Shown here: one piece after another, positions 8,981-18,506 of the stretch
How positions within the stretch are numbered: the first letter of the stretch is position 1
Layout: each line of letters opens with the position of its first letter
Source: Eubacteriales bacterium
GTDB lineage: Bacteria > Bacillota > Clostridia > Oscillospirales > CAG-272
DNA: 64,000 bases
Assembly (NCBI GenBank): GCA_045644325.1
Contig: JAZRGT010000010.1
Span: forward strand, 48,596 to 112,595
Direction of reading: 5' to 3'
Position numbers and translations under genes: made by a program
Notes under the pieces: model-generated
Told to the model about the DNA's origin: nothing
The model's database searches: none
What the model saw: only the letters and a program-made list of their open reading frames with translations

Positions 8981-10045
8981 ATGGATATCAAAATAGAAAA
9001 GATCGCCGTTCCCAAGCAGAAGCCAGATGAATCCGCCCTTGGTTTCGGACAGTACTTCACCGATCATATGTTTATTATGGACTACACTCGCGAAAAGGGC
9101 TGGCACGATGCTAGAATCGTTCCTTTCGGAAACCTCTCGCTCCATCCCGCGTGCACTGTATTCCATTACGGCGCTGAAATCTTCGAGGGTATGAAGGCAT
9201 ACAGAACCGCTGACGGTTCGATTCAGCTTTTCAGACCCGAGCAGAACTTTGCTCGACTCAACTCTTCTGCAGAAAGAATGAGACTGCCTCTCGTTGATGA
9301 GGAATTTGCACTTAAAGCGCTTACTGAACTCATCAAGATCGATGCCGATTGGGTTCCTCACGCTCCCGGAACTTCGCTTTACATCCGCCCTTTCCTCTTT
9401 GGAGCAGACCCCAAGCTTGGAGTTCACTCGATTGACAGATCCGTATTCATCATCATTCTCTCCCCTGTTGGTTCTTACTACAAGGAAGGTATCAACCCCG
9501 TTAAGATTATGATCGAAACCGAGGACGTCAGAGCCGTAAAGGGCGGCACGGGTTACACCAAGTGCGGCGGTAACTACGGAGCTTCCAACAGAGCGGGCGA
9601 AAAGGCAGAGCAAGCAGGCTACTCGCAGGTACTCTGGCTCGACGGTGTTGAGCGCAAGTACATTGAGGAAGTTGGCGCAATGAACGTAATGTTCAAGATT
9701 GACGGCGAAATCGTCACTCCCGCGCTCACCGGTTCTATTCTTCCCGGCATTACGAGAAAATCTATTCTCCAGATTCTCCGCGATGAGGGTGCGAACGTTT
9801 CCGAAAGACTTCTTTCTATCGATGAGCTTATCGAAGCGCTTGAAAACGGCAAGCTTGAAGAAGGTTGGGGTTGCGGTACTGCGGCGGTAGTTTCTCCTAT
9901 AGGTCAGCTTTACTACAACGGAAAGACTTACACGATCAATGACAACAAGATCGGCGAAACCACACAAAAGCTTTACGATACTCTCACAGGCATTCAGTGG
10001 GGCAGAATCGAAGATACAAGAGGCTGGGTATATCCCATCAAATAA
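8981..10045 (+). CDS. ilvE: branched-chain amino acid aminotransferase
   Basis: 354-aa class IV aminotransferase. FGQYFTDHMF, HYGAEIFEGMKAY and GGTGYTKCGGNYGAS resemble the long-form IlvE (YbgE/YwaA type). Confidence 0.85.
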   Translation: MDIKIEKIAVPKQKPDESALGFGQYFTDHMFIMDYTREKGWHDARIVPFGNLSLHPACTVFHYGAEIFEGMKAYRTADGSIQLFRPEQNFARLNSSAERMRLPLVDEEFALKALTELIKIDADWVPHAPGTSLYIRPFLFGADPKLGVHSIDRSVFIIILSPVGSYYKEGINPVKIMIETEDVRAVKGGTGYTKCGGNYGASNRAGEKAEQAGYSQVLWLDGVERKYIEEVGAMNVMFKIDGEIVTPALTGSILPGITRKSILQILRDEGANVSERLLSIDELIEALENGKLEEGWGCGTAAVVSPIGQLYYNGKTYTINDNKIGETTQKLYDTLTGIQWGRIEDTRGWVYPIK

Positions 10046-10059
10046 TTATTACATATTTC

Positions 10060-10086
10060 AGGCTGTCGCTTTTTGCGACAGCCTTT
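10060..10086 (+). terminator. terminator-like hairpin ending the T-box operon
   Basis: Stem aggctgtcgc/gcgacagcct. The downstream T tract is weak (tttactatt). Confidence 0.5.
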
Positions 10087-10090
10087 ACTA

Positions 10091-10119
10091 TTGATTTTTA
10101 GTTCGAAATGTGATATAAT
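10091..10119 (+). promoter_or_regulatory. sigma-A type promoter (extended -10) with flanking inverted repeat
   Basis: TTGATT, 17-nt spacer, TATAAT preceded by TGtga. Inverted repeat aatgtgat (10107-10114) / atcacatt (10128-10135) brackets the -10 box. Confidence 0.55.
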
Positions 10120-10146
10120 TATACAAAATCACATTCGGAGTTTGAT

Positions 10147-10641
10147 ATGATTATTCGAAAAGCTTGCATTAACGATCTGAAACAGATTTCTGATATTTAT
10201 GAAAGTGCGCGCAAATTTATGAGTGCTAACGGAAATCCCAATCAATGGGGAAGAACGAATCCGCCTTATTCTCGCACCGAAGAAGATTTAAGAGAAAATA
10301 ATCTTTATATCGTTGAAGAGGGGTGCGATATACTGGCTGTGTTCTATTACAATTTTGCAGACGACCCGACTTATAAGATTATATATGGCGGCAAGTGGCT
10401 GAATGATCGCCCGTACGGCGTCATACACAGAATAGCAGTTTCCGATAAGGCGCGAGGAAAAGGCGTTTCGGGGATTTGCTTTGATTTTGCTTTTAGTAAT
10501 TGTAATAATTTGAAAATCGACACGCATAAAGATAATATCCCCATGCAGAAAGCTTTAGCAAAGCACGGATTTATTAGATGCGGAATAATCCATCTTGCTA
10601 ACGGAGACGAAAGAATTGCTTTTCAGAAATCGGAGGACTAA
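10147..10641 (+). CDS. GNAT family N-acetyltransferase
   Basis: 164 aa with acetyl-CoA-binding loop RGKGVSG and a typical GNAT size and beta-bulge region. Confidence 0.75.
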   Translation: MIIRKACINDLKQISDIYESARKFMSANGNPNQWGRTNPPYSRTEEDLRENNLYIVEEGCDILAVFYYNFADDPTYKIIYGGKWLNDRPYGVIHRIAVSDKARGKGVSGICFDFAFSNCNNLKIDTHKDNIPMQKALAKHGFIRCGIIHLANGDERIAFQKSED

Positions 10642-10643
10642 TT

Positions 10644-12134
10644 ATGAGCAACAGAAGACCTAATGTAGTTTTTATTTTGACTGACGATCAAAGATTCGAT
10701 ACTATACACGCACTCGGAAACGATGAGATTTCAACGCCTAATCTCGACAGACTCGTCGAACGCGGTGCGGCATTCACTCACGCGTATATACCCGGTGGCA
10801 CAGCTTCTGCAGTTTGTATGCCAAGCCGCGCGATGATCAATTCATCAAGAACACTTTTCAACCTTGTTCAGAACGGCAAAGAGATTCCCGAATGTGATAC
10901 GACAATGTGTCAGACTTTCAGATCTGCCGGATACAACTGCCACGGCATAGGTAAGTGGCATAACGGTACAGAAAGCTATACGCGTTCCTTCACAAGCGGT
11001 GATGACATCTTCTTCGGAGGTATGTGGGATCATTGGAACGTTCCGGTTTGCGATTACAGATCTGACGGTAATTACGATTGCGAAATTCCGTTCGTTCCGA
11101 ATTTCTCTGGTAATCAGATTCCCGTTCACGTTCTTGCTGATAAAATACACGCGGGAGTTCATTCTACCGAGCTCTTCTCCGCTGATGCAATCAATTTCAT
11201 AAACGGGTATAACGAGGAAGAACCCTTCTTCCTATACCTCTCATACCTTGCGCCGCACGACCCGCGTACAATGCCCGAGAAATACCGTACAATGTACAAA
11301 GCAGAGGACATTACACTTTCTCCTAACTTTATGGAAATGCCCGCATTCAGCTTCGGTTGGGCTGACAGAGGACGTGACGAAGCGGTTGCGTCATTCCCGA
11401 GAAATCCTGACGAGATCAAACAGCATATCGCAGATTATTATGCAATGATAAGCCATATCGATGACAACGTCGGAAAGATTATAGATAGTCTTGAAAGCAA
11501 AGGAGTCTTGGACAACACTATAATTGTTTTCTGCGGCGACAACGGTCTTGCCATCGGTCAGCACGGACTTATGGGCAAGCAGAACGTATACGAACACAGC
11601 GTTCACATTCCGCTTCTTATCAGCGGACCGGGTATTGACACAGGTATAACAATTGATAAGTACGTTTATCTTCTCGATGTATTCCCTACTCTCTGTGATC
11701 TCTGTGGCGTTAATATTCCCGCTTCTGCTGAAGGAAAGAGTTTTGCGGGTATGTTCTCAAATTCAGAGCTTGTAACGCGTAATGACCTTTATTTCGCCTT
11801 CCAGGCTCGCATCAGAGGAATAGCCGACGGTAAGTATAAGCTTATTGAATACAGAACGGACAGATTGAAGCTGACACAGCTTTTCGATCTTGAAAAAGAT
11901 CCTTGGGAGCGCTACAATTTCTATGATTTCACCGGTTACGATGAAATCGTTGAACGCCTCAGAAAACGTATGAAAGAATATCGTGCAGAATGGAACGAGG
12001 ATTCCCACATTTATGGCAGACAGTTTTGGGAACAGTATGAAAAATATGAAGCCGCCGAGGTTCACGGAGTTGATAAGCCCAAAGGAGTTTCGATGATCAA
12101 CCAGACCAAAGAATGGTCAAAATCAAGTAAATAA
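10644..12134 (+). CDS. Cys-type sulfatase (arylsulfatase family), apparently cytoplasmic
   Basis: N-terminal VVFILTDDQRFDT and the formylglycine signature CMPSR (C-x-P-x-R). No signal peptide. Starts 2 nt after the GNAT stop. Confidence 0.85.
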   Translation: MSNRRPNVVFILTDDQRFDTIHALGNDEISTPNLDRLVERGAAFTHAYIPGGTASAVCMPSRAMINSSRTLFNLVQNGKEIPECDTTMCQTFRSAGYNCHGIGKWHNGTESYTRSFTSGDDIFFGGMWDHWNVPVCDYRSDGNYDCEIPFVPNFSGNQIPVHVLADKIHAGVHSTELFSADAINFINGYNEEEPFFLYLSYLAPHDPRTMPEKYRTMYKAEDITLSPNFMEMPAFSFGWADRGRDEAVASFPRNPDEIKQHIADYYAMISHIDDNVGKIIDSLESKGVLDNTIIVFCGDNGLAIGQHGLMGKQNVYEHSVHIPLLISGPGIDTGITIDKYVYLLDVFPTLCDLCGVNIPASAEGKSFAGMFSNSELVTRNDLYFAFQARIRGIADGKYKLIEYRTDRLKLTQLFDLEKDPWERYNFYDFTGYDEIVERLRKRMKEYRAEWNEDSHIYGRQFWEQYEKYEAAEVHGVDKPKGVSMINQTKEWSKSSK

Positions 12135-12140
12135 TACAAT

Positions 12141-12177
12141 AAACCGCGGTCAACTTGCGACCGCGGTTTATTTGTTT
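12141..12177. terminator. bidirectional terminator between the sulfatase and DUF2500 genes
   Basis: 11-bp stem aaaccgcggtc/gaccgcggttt with an A-run upstream and a T-run downstream. Confidence 0.75.
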
Positions 12178-12511
12178 AGTATTTTCTGTTAAAAGAAAGA
12201 TATCTCGTTCCTTGAAACGTTAGTGTTCCTACGTCGCCTTCGACAAGCAAACCGTATTCGTGGCTCGGAACCCGAAGCTCGAGTCTGTCACCGCTCGTAA
12301 ACTGAAAAGTGACGTGATAAGAATACGACCTGTGAGAATGACCGTTGCTTGCCGTATGTCGATGCATTTGACCACGCTTGGCAACAACTGTTGCATCGAC
12401 AGTCAATCTGGGCGAATTACTGTTCTTTATCCACTCACCGATCATACGTGCGAAAGTAACGATAAAAACGCTCATTACAAGGAAGAACATCATATAAAAC
12501 ATTACTTCCAT
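12176..12511 (-). CDS. DUF2500-like small membrane protein
   Basis: 111 aa. One N-terminal TM helix, then a beta-rich domain resembling DUF2500 (TVDATVVAKR...YHVTFQF...GDVGTLTFQGTRY). AAGGA RBS. Confidence 0.5.
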   Translation of the reverse strand: MEVMFYMMFFLVMSVFIVTFARMIGEWIKNSNSPRLTVDATVVAKRGQMHRHTASNGHSHRSYSYHVTFQFTSGDRLELRVPSHEYGLLVEGDVGTLTFQGTRYLSFNRKY

Positions 12512-12522
12512 TTCACTCGTCC

Positions 12523-14406
12523 TTAACTATTCTGCAAAGATTTTTCATACTGAAGCATATAAAGCTTATGATATCGACCTCTCTGCTGAAGGAGCTCGTT
12601 ATGAGTTCCCTGCTCCATGATCTTACCGTGTGAAAGCAGAATGATGTTATCTGCGTGCTGAATCGTGGAGAGTCGGTGCGCAACGACGAGCATAGTACCG
12701 ATTTTCATCATTTTTGTCAGCGAGTCTTGAATCAGAATTTCTGTTTCAGTATCAATATTCGCTGTTGCTTCATCAAGGATCATAACGGAGGGCTTATGAA
12801 GAATAGTTCTCGCGAAAGAAAGTAGTTGGCGCTGTCCTGCAGAGAAATTGTTGCCTCTTTCTCTTACTTCTTCATCAAGACCGTTTTCAAGTTTATTTAT
12901 GAAGGTATCAGCGTTAACGTACTTACAAGCATCAATTATCTGCTGCTCTTCCACGTCATCCATTCTTAAAATAATATTGCTTCGAATAGTTCCCGAGAAA
13001 AGGAATACGTCCTGAAGCATCTGACCGAAATGTCGACGAAGAGAAGAAATTTTAATCTTCTTGATGTCAATACCGTCAATGAGTATCTGACCCTTTTGAA
13101 TATCGTAATTTCGACAGATTAACGAGAGTATTGTGGTCTTACCCGAGCCCGTAGAGCCAACAAATGCAACGGTTTGTCCTGCTTTAACCTTAAAACTGAC
13201 TCCCTGAAGCACCCATTCGTCAGGCTTATACGCAAACCAAACGTCTTTGAATTCGATCTCACCGCGAACGGTGTCAAGCTCGATTGCGTCCGGCTCATCT
13301 ACAACAATCGGTTCCATATCGAGGATAGAGAATATCTTCTCTGCAGAGGCAAACGCAGACTGCAATGCATTAAACTGCTCCGCAAGGCTCTGTATCGGGT
13401 TGAAGAACTTGGAGATATACATATAGAAAGTTACCAAGGTTTCAACCGCAATAACCTGACCAAGGAAGGTTGTGTTCTGAATATAACCTTTACCGCCAAG
13501 GTAGAACAGACAGAGTACCGATGAGATATAAAGCGCATAAACCATCGGTCTGAATATACCGAAAACAAACATTTGCTTCGATTTTGCTCTGCCAAGCTTC
13601 TTGCTTCTCGTAACGAAATCCTTCATCTTTCTTTCCTCGCGGTTGAAGATCTGAGTGATCTTCATACCCGAAAGATTCTCGGAAAGATAGGTATTGATAT
13701 CAGTAGTACCGTCCTTAACTTCTCTATACGCTTTTCTTGAGAATTTACGGAAGATAACGGTAAAAAGAACAACAAACGGCACAAAGCAAAGCACCATAAG
13801 TGTAAGCTGAACGTTTATGCAAAGCATTGCGATGAAGATACCGACTACTACAAATGCGTTTTTGATGAGATTTACCAGGATATTTGTAAACATCATAGAA
13901 ATCGCGTTCGTATCGTTTGTAACTCTTGTTACGAGCTTACCTACGGGAATATGGTGGAGCTGTTCGTGAGAAAGTGACTCAATATGGGTGAATACCTTTT
14001 CGCGAAGCGCCGAAAGTATCTTCTGTCCAATCTTTTGTAAGATTATCGCTTGGAAATAAGTACATAATACGGAAACGATAAGTATACCAACATACGCGGC
14101 GACATAGGTAAAAAGGCTATGAAGCTCAAAATCCTCCGCAACCATTCCTGTGATAGCACCAACGATGATAGGAGAAACTATATCGTATGCGATAGTAAGC
14201 GCCATTATTATCAGCACGATAAGAAACGCACCGATATGGGGCTTTGCGTATATAAGAAGTCTGCGAACTATATCGCCATCCTTCATATTTCGGTCAAAGC
14301 CGATCGCCTCGTTCTTGTTTTTCATCATTGCGTAAGCAATAATAAAGATCACTGAAACCAAGGAAATAAAAGAGGCGACAGCTATAATTGGAAAGTATTC
14401 GTACAT
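12523..14406 (-). CDS. ABC transporter permease/ATP-binding protein (type I exporter half)
   Basis: Six-TM N-terminal domain. Walker A GSTGSGKTT, signature FSAGQRQL, Walker B VMILDEAT. Confidence 0.85.
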   Translation of the reverse strand: MYEYFPIIAVASFISLVSVIFIIAYAMMKNKNEAIGFDRNMKDGDIVRRLLIYAKPHIGAFLIVLIIMALTIAYDIVSPIIVGAITGMVAEDFELHSLFTYVAAYVGILIVSVLCTYFQAIILQKIGQKILSALREKVFTHIESLSHEQLHHIPVGKLVTRVTNDTNAISMMFTNILVNLIKNAFVVVGIFIAMLCINVQLTLMVLCFVPFVVLFTVIFRKFSRKAYREVKDGTTDINTYLSENLSGMKITQIFNREERKMKDFVTRSKKLGRAKSKQMFVFGIFRPMVYALYISSVLCLFYLGGKGYIQNTTFLGQVIAVETLVTFYMYISKFFNPIQSLAEQFNALQSAFASAEKIFSILDMEPIVVDEPDAIELDTVRGEIEFKDVWFAYKPDEWVLQGVSFKVKAGQTVAFVGSTGSGKTTILSLICRNYDIQKGQILIDGIDIKKIKISSLRRHFGQMLQDVFLFSGTIRSNIILRMDDVEEQQIIDACKYVNADTFINKLENGLDEEVRERGNNFSAGQRQLLSFARTILHKPSVMILDEATANIDTETEILIQDSLTKMMKIGTMLVVAHRLSTIQHADNIILLSHGKIMEQGTHNELLQQRGRYHKLYMLQYEKSLQNS

Positions 14407-16181
14407 CAGATATCTCCTCCTTCATCCTCAAGCTTCTGAAGCTTGACCATTTTAGCGTATTCTTCACAGTTTTGGCAAAGATCCTCGTGTGTTCCAACAG
14501 CAGTAACGGAACCGTCTTCTACCAAAATAATCTTATCCATATTTTCGACCGTGGAAATTCTGTGCGCGATAAGAATGGTAGTCTTTCCTTCACGCTCGCG
14601 CTTGAGATTCTCAAGGATCGTTTTTTCCGTCTTGGTATCAACCGCCGATACGGAATCGTCGAGAATCAAAATAGGCGCATTCTTAAGCAAAGCTCGTGCA
14701 ATGGAAATTCTCTGCTTCTGTCCTCCGGAAACGGTAACGCCTCTTTCTCCAAGCATTGTATCGTATCCCTCAGCAAACTCGGATATATTACCGTGAACGT
14801 CAGCAAGCGCTGCTACACGCTGAATCTCATCCATATCCTGATCATCGGTGTAAAATGAAATATTGCTCTTTATTGTGTCGCTGAAGAGGAAATTATCCTG
14901 CGGCACGTAAGCAGCAGCGCCACGCACCCGCTTGATAGGAATAGTGTTGACGTCTTTTCCGTCGATATAAAGCATATTATCGTCAATATTATAGATTCGA
15001 AGTATCAAATCAACGATTGTGGTTTTGCCCGAACCGGTTTTGCCGACGATTCCGACGCGTTCTCCTGCATTGATCTTAAACGATACGTTCTTAAGCGCGT
15101 CTCTGTCTCCGTCCGGGAAGGTAAAGGAAAGATTTCTGAACTCTATGTCTCCCTTGATAGCATCCACTTCAACGAGATCCGCACGGTCCTTTACATCGAT
15201 AGGAGCATCAAGAAGCTCACTGATTCTCTTAAGGGACGCGCGTCCGCGCGATGTCATATCTATAAGTTCAGAGACTGCCATAACCGGCCATATTACCGAA
15301 GTAAAGTAACCGATAAATTCGACAAGCTGTCCCGCATCGAATTTTCCGAGATAGACAAGATATCCTCCATAGCCGAGAATAACGCATACCACGGACTCAA
15401 CGAACAGAGTAACAAAAATTCGCATCAATACGCTTGCTCGAGTGTAATCAAGGTTGGTTTCCTCGTTTTTAACGTTGAGCTTTTTAAACGCAAGAAGCTC
15501 TTTAGCCTCCTTAACGTAAGCTTTGATAACGGCAATTCCCGAAAAGCTCTCCTGCGCAAAATCCGAGAGATCGGAATATGCTTCCTGACGCTTGTCCCAT
15601 TTTTTCATAAGCGATTTTCCGATTATTGCGGAAACGATGAAAAGACATACGAGCGGCAGACAAGAAAGCAGAGCGAGAGAACTGTTCAATCTCCACATTT
15701 TGACTATTGCAAGTACACCGAGCAAAAGAGCGTCGAAGAACATCATTATGCCCCAGCCAAAGCATTCCTGAACGGTATCAAGATCATTGGTATAAAGTGA
15801 CATAAGATTACCGACTTTATTTACCTGATAATACTGATGAGACAGATCCTTTGAACGCTCAAACATTCTGTTTCTCAAGTCGGTTTCAAGCCTGATTCCT
15901 GCGCCGAAAAAGCAAACACGCCAAAGGAATCTGCCAAGGAGCATTATTGCTATTACAAAAATCATCGGCAAGCAAATTTTGTCAAGTAAGAAACTCATAT
16001 CAAACGGATATATCATTCCATCCAAGTTGACACTTCCCGTATTGAATCCGTTTACTATCATCTGATAAAATTCAGGAATCTCAAGCTGAAAGTAGTCGAC
16101 ACCGACAAGAGCAACTATGCCAATCAGCAGCATCCAACTGAATCTAAAATAATATTTGTTGATATGTTTACCGAATATCAT
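14406..16181 (-). CDS. ABC transporter permease/ATP-binding protein (type I exporter half)
   Basis: Walker A GKTGSGKTT, signature VSGGQKQR, Walker B ILILDDS. Start set to ATG 16181 behind AAGGAG; the track TTG 16208 lies right after the -10 box. There is a 1-nt stop/start overlap with the next gene. Confidence 0.85.
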   Translation of the reverse strand: MIFGKHINKYYFRFSWMLLIGIVALVGVDYFQLEIPEFYQMIVNGFNTGSVNLDGMIYPFDMSFLLDKICLPMIFVIAIMLLGRFLWRVCFFGAGIRLETDLRNRMFERSKDLSHQYYQVNKVGNLMSLYTNDLDTVQECFGWGIMMFFDALLLGVLAIVKMWRLNSSLALLSCLPLVCLFIVSAIIGKSLMKKWDKRQEAYSDLSDFAQESFSGIAVIKAYVKEAKELLAFKKLNVKNEETNLDYTRASVLMRIFVTLFVESVVCVILGYGGYLVYLGKFDAGQLVEFIGYFTSVIWPVMAVSELIDMTSRGRASLKRISELLDAPIDVKDRADLVEVDAIKGDIEFRNLSFTFPDGDRDALKNVSFKINAGERVGIVGKTGSGKTTIVDLILRIYNIDDNMLYIDGKDVNTIPIKRVRGAAAYVPQDNFLFSDTIKSNISFYTDDQDMDEIQRVAALADVHGNISEFAEGYDTMLGERGVTVSGGQKQRISIARALLKNAPILILDDSVSAVDTKTEKTILENLKREREGKTTILIAHRISTVENMDKIILVEDGSVTAVGTHEDLCQNCEEYAKMVKLQKLEDEGGDI

Positions 16182-16310
16182 TTCTTTCTCCTTAACGATT
16201 GTATTCAATGTTTTATATTATACTACAATGAAACTAAAAAGTCAACATTTAAAAGCATTTACTTATCAACATCTTGTTGAATTATAAATATTTGTGCTAT
16301 ACTGAAGGTT

Positions 16311-16341
16311 GAAAAAACGGCACCGGAAAATCCGGTGCCGT
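16311..16341 (-). terminator. rho-independent terminator after the GH4 gene
   Basis: Stem acggcaccgg/ccggtgccgt. There is a T-run on the minus strand (A-run 16312-16317 on plus). Confidence 0.75.
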
Positions 16342-16350
16342 AATATACAT

Positions 16351-17670
16351 TTAAAAGATTGGGTAGCCTGCGTTCGTGTGCGCCTCAACAAGTTCATTTA
16401 CCATTGCAACGATCTCATCGGTAGAAAGACACATACCTGTTCTGGGATCCATCATTGCGGCTTGATAAAGCGTTTCTATCTTACCTGTTACAGCAGCCTC
16501 TATCGTAAGGAGCTGCGGATAAATGTTGGATGAGTTCATAGCGGCAAGCTGTGTAGGAAGAGGTCCAACGTAGGTCGGTGTAATTCCGCTCTTGTCAACG
16601 AAGCAAGGTACTTCAACGCAAGCTTCTGCGGGGAGATTGGGAATAAGACCGTTATTAATGACGTTACCGCCTATCTTAAAGGGCTTACCTGTAACTATAG
16701 CTTCCATAATTCTCGATGCATACTCGTGCGAACGCTTATGCTCGGGAGTGATGCCGCTCAGCAGGTCTTCTCTCTGATGCGCCCACTTCACGATATGCTT
16801 TTCACATCTGCGCGGATACTCATCAAGCGGAATGTGGAACTTTTCAACGAGATCCTCACGACCGGGCTTAATGTAGAAATTGTTGTACTCAGCGTTATGC
16901 TCACTTGACTCGGTGCAGTAGTAACCGAACTTATCAATATAGTCAAAACGAACCATATCCTTATGAGGTTCACCTGCATTCTTGACTTTCGCGCGACGCT
17001 TTATCTCAGGATAAAGATCATTACCGTTCTTATCGCGGATCTCAAGAAGCCAAGCCATATGATTAATACCGGCAATTTTCTCCTGACGCCCTTCAAGGAA
17101 TTCCTCCATCTCAAGACTTTTCAAGAGCTTTTCGGAACAAACCTGAACGCTGTGGCAAAGACCGATGGACTTGATTGGAGTGAATCTCTCCATGTATCCG
17201 GCGAGTATCGCCATGGGATTGGTGTAGTTAAGGAAATATGCGTCGGGGCATACCTTTGCCATATCTGCGGCAAAGTCCTTAAGTACGTGGATAGTACGCA
17301 TACCTCTCATAATACCGCCGATACCGAGAGTGTCACCGATGGTCTGATTGATACCGTATTTCTTCGGAATAGCAAAGTCAATCTTCGTGCAAGGATCATA
17401 AAGACCGACCTGAATTGCGTTTATAACGAAATTGGAGCCTTTGAGAGCTTTTCTTCGATTCTCAACGCCGAGATACTTCTTTACTTTAGCCCTGTTACCG
17501 TTGATGACCTTATTGAGCCGGGTGATCAGCATATAAGAATCTTCGAGTCTTTCTGCATCAATGTCGTAAAGCGCAATTTCAACGTCCTTAAAGCACTCGC
17601 ACATAAGAGTATCTCCGAGCACTTTCTTTACAAAAACGCTGCTTCCCGCGCCCATAAATGTAATTTTCAT
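16351..17670 (-). CDS. glycoside hydrolase family 4 (NAD/Mn-dependent alpha-galactosidase/alpha-glucosidase type)
   Basis: N-terminal Rossmann MKITFMGAGSSVF, the GH4 Cys-His motif SIGLCHSV, and a size of 439 aa. Confidence 0.8.
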   Translation of the reverse strand: MKITFMGAGSSVFVKKVLGDTLMCECFKDVEIALYDIDAERLEDSYMLITRLNKVINGNRAKVKKYLGVENRRKALKGSNFVINAIQVGLYDPCTKIDFAIPKKYGINQTIGDTLGIGGIMRGMRTIHVLKDFAADMAKVCPDAYFLNYTNPMAILAGYMERFTPIKSIGLCHSVQVCSEKLLKSLEMEEFLEGRQEKIAGINHMAWLLEIRDKNGNDLYPEIKRRAKVKNAGEPHKDMVRFDYIDKFGYYCTESSEHNAEYNNFYIKPGREDLVEKFHIPLDEYPRRCEKHIVKWAHQREDLLSGITPEHKRSHEYASRIMEAIVTGKPFKIGGNVINNGLIPNLPAEACVEVPCFVDKSGITPTYVGPLPTQLAAMNSSNIYPQLLTIEAAVTGKIETLYQAAMMDPRTGMCLSTDEIVAMVNELVEAHTNAGYPIF

Positions 17671-17784
17671 ACTAAAACTGCCTCCGTAATTTTTGCATAT
17701 ACATTATAACATATTTTATGGTCGAATACAATACGGTTTTCAAAAAAACTCCGGATATATTTCATATTTGAATTTATTATTCTA

Positions 17785-17813
17785 TTGACAAAAACGAAAG
17801 TCGATGCTATAAT
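17785..17813 (+). promoter_or_regulatory. sigma-A type promoter
   Basis: TTGACA, 17-nt spacer, TATAAT. Confidence 0.6.
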
Positions 17814-17846
17814 AAATCCAAATTGATTTGGGAGATATTTGTTCAA

Positions 17847-18506
17847 ATGAAACTGGAATTAATGGGCGAATTCTTTGATGCGAGGCTCGCTGAATATGAA
17901 TCTCACATGCTTGATTGCATTGAGTCGGCTAGAACCTTCTATCCATTTACAGCAAAGCTTTTGCCAATGGAAGCCAATACGCAGATTCTTGATCTCGGTT
18001 GCGGCACCGGACTTGAGCTTGATGAATATTTCAAAATCAATCCGTCAGCGCATATAACCGGTATTGACCTCGCTCCGGGTATGCTCTCTACACTAAAAGC
18101 AAAACATAACAACAAAAATCTTACGCTGATCTGCGATTCATATTTTGATTATGATTTCGGAGTAAATTGCTTTGATGCAGCAGTATCTGTTGAATCGTTG
18201 CACCACTATACACCGGAAGAAAAGTCAGATCTGTATTCAAAGCTTTTTGCTTCTTTAAAATCCACCGGTTATTTCATTTTAACCGATTATTTTGCAAAAG
18301 ACAACACTGAAGAAGCGTTTTTAAGAAGCGAATATTCACGTCTCAAGCTGGAGCAAAACATAACTGATAACAGGTTTTACCATTTCGATACTCCGCTTAC
18401 TGTAGAACATGAGATTCAAATTTTGATCGAGAGTGGCTTTATGAAAGTAGAAGTTCTGTCAAATTGGAAAAATACGTTTATAATCAGAGCTAATAAAAGC
18501 ATTTAA
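17847..18506 (+). CDS. class I SAM-dependent methyltransferase
   Basis: Motif I ILDLGCGTGLE and post-I/II acidic residues. Start set to ATG 17847 downstream of GGAGA; the track start is a TTG. Confidence 0.75.
   Translation: MKLELMGEFFDARLAEYESHMLDCIESARTFYPFTAKLLPMEANTQILDLGCGTGLELDEYFKINPSAHITGIDLAPGMLSTLKAKHNNKNLTLICDSYFDYDFGVNCFDAAVSVESLHHYTPEEKSDLYSKLFASLKSTGYFILTDYFAKDNTEEAFLRSEYSRLKLEQNITDNRFYHFDTPLTVEHEIQILIESGFMKVEVLSNWKNTFIIRANKSI

Noticed and set aside
8954-9967. 337-aa ORF antisense to ilvE. Similar long antisense ORFs occur at 3490-4233, 16963-17709, 27991-28671, 31823-32497, 37051-37782, 46413-47444, 49272-50339, 53340-53999 and 54055-54756.
   Set aside because: Each lies fully inside a gene whose sense-strand product carries unambiguous family motifs. 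The antisense translations are low-complexity, Ser/Arg/Cys-rich, lack an RBS and show no motif. They are typical shadow ORFs.
16274-16306. Plus-strand promoter-like TTGTTG-18-TATACT with TG extension in the ABC/GH4 intergenic region
   Set aside because: No downstream plus-strand gene or RNA structure follows it. It runs directly into the GH4 terminator hairpin, which has no T tail on this strand. It is probably a chance match in AT-rich DNA.
17727-17744. cre-like sequence (tgaaaaccgtattgta on the minus strand) near the GH4 promoter
   Set aside because: It fails the central CG of the cre consensus (TGWAANCGNTNWCA) unless an indel is allowed.
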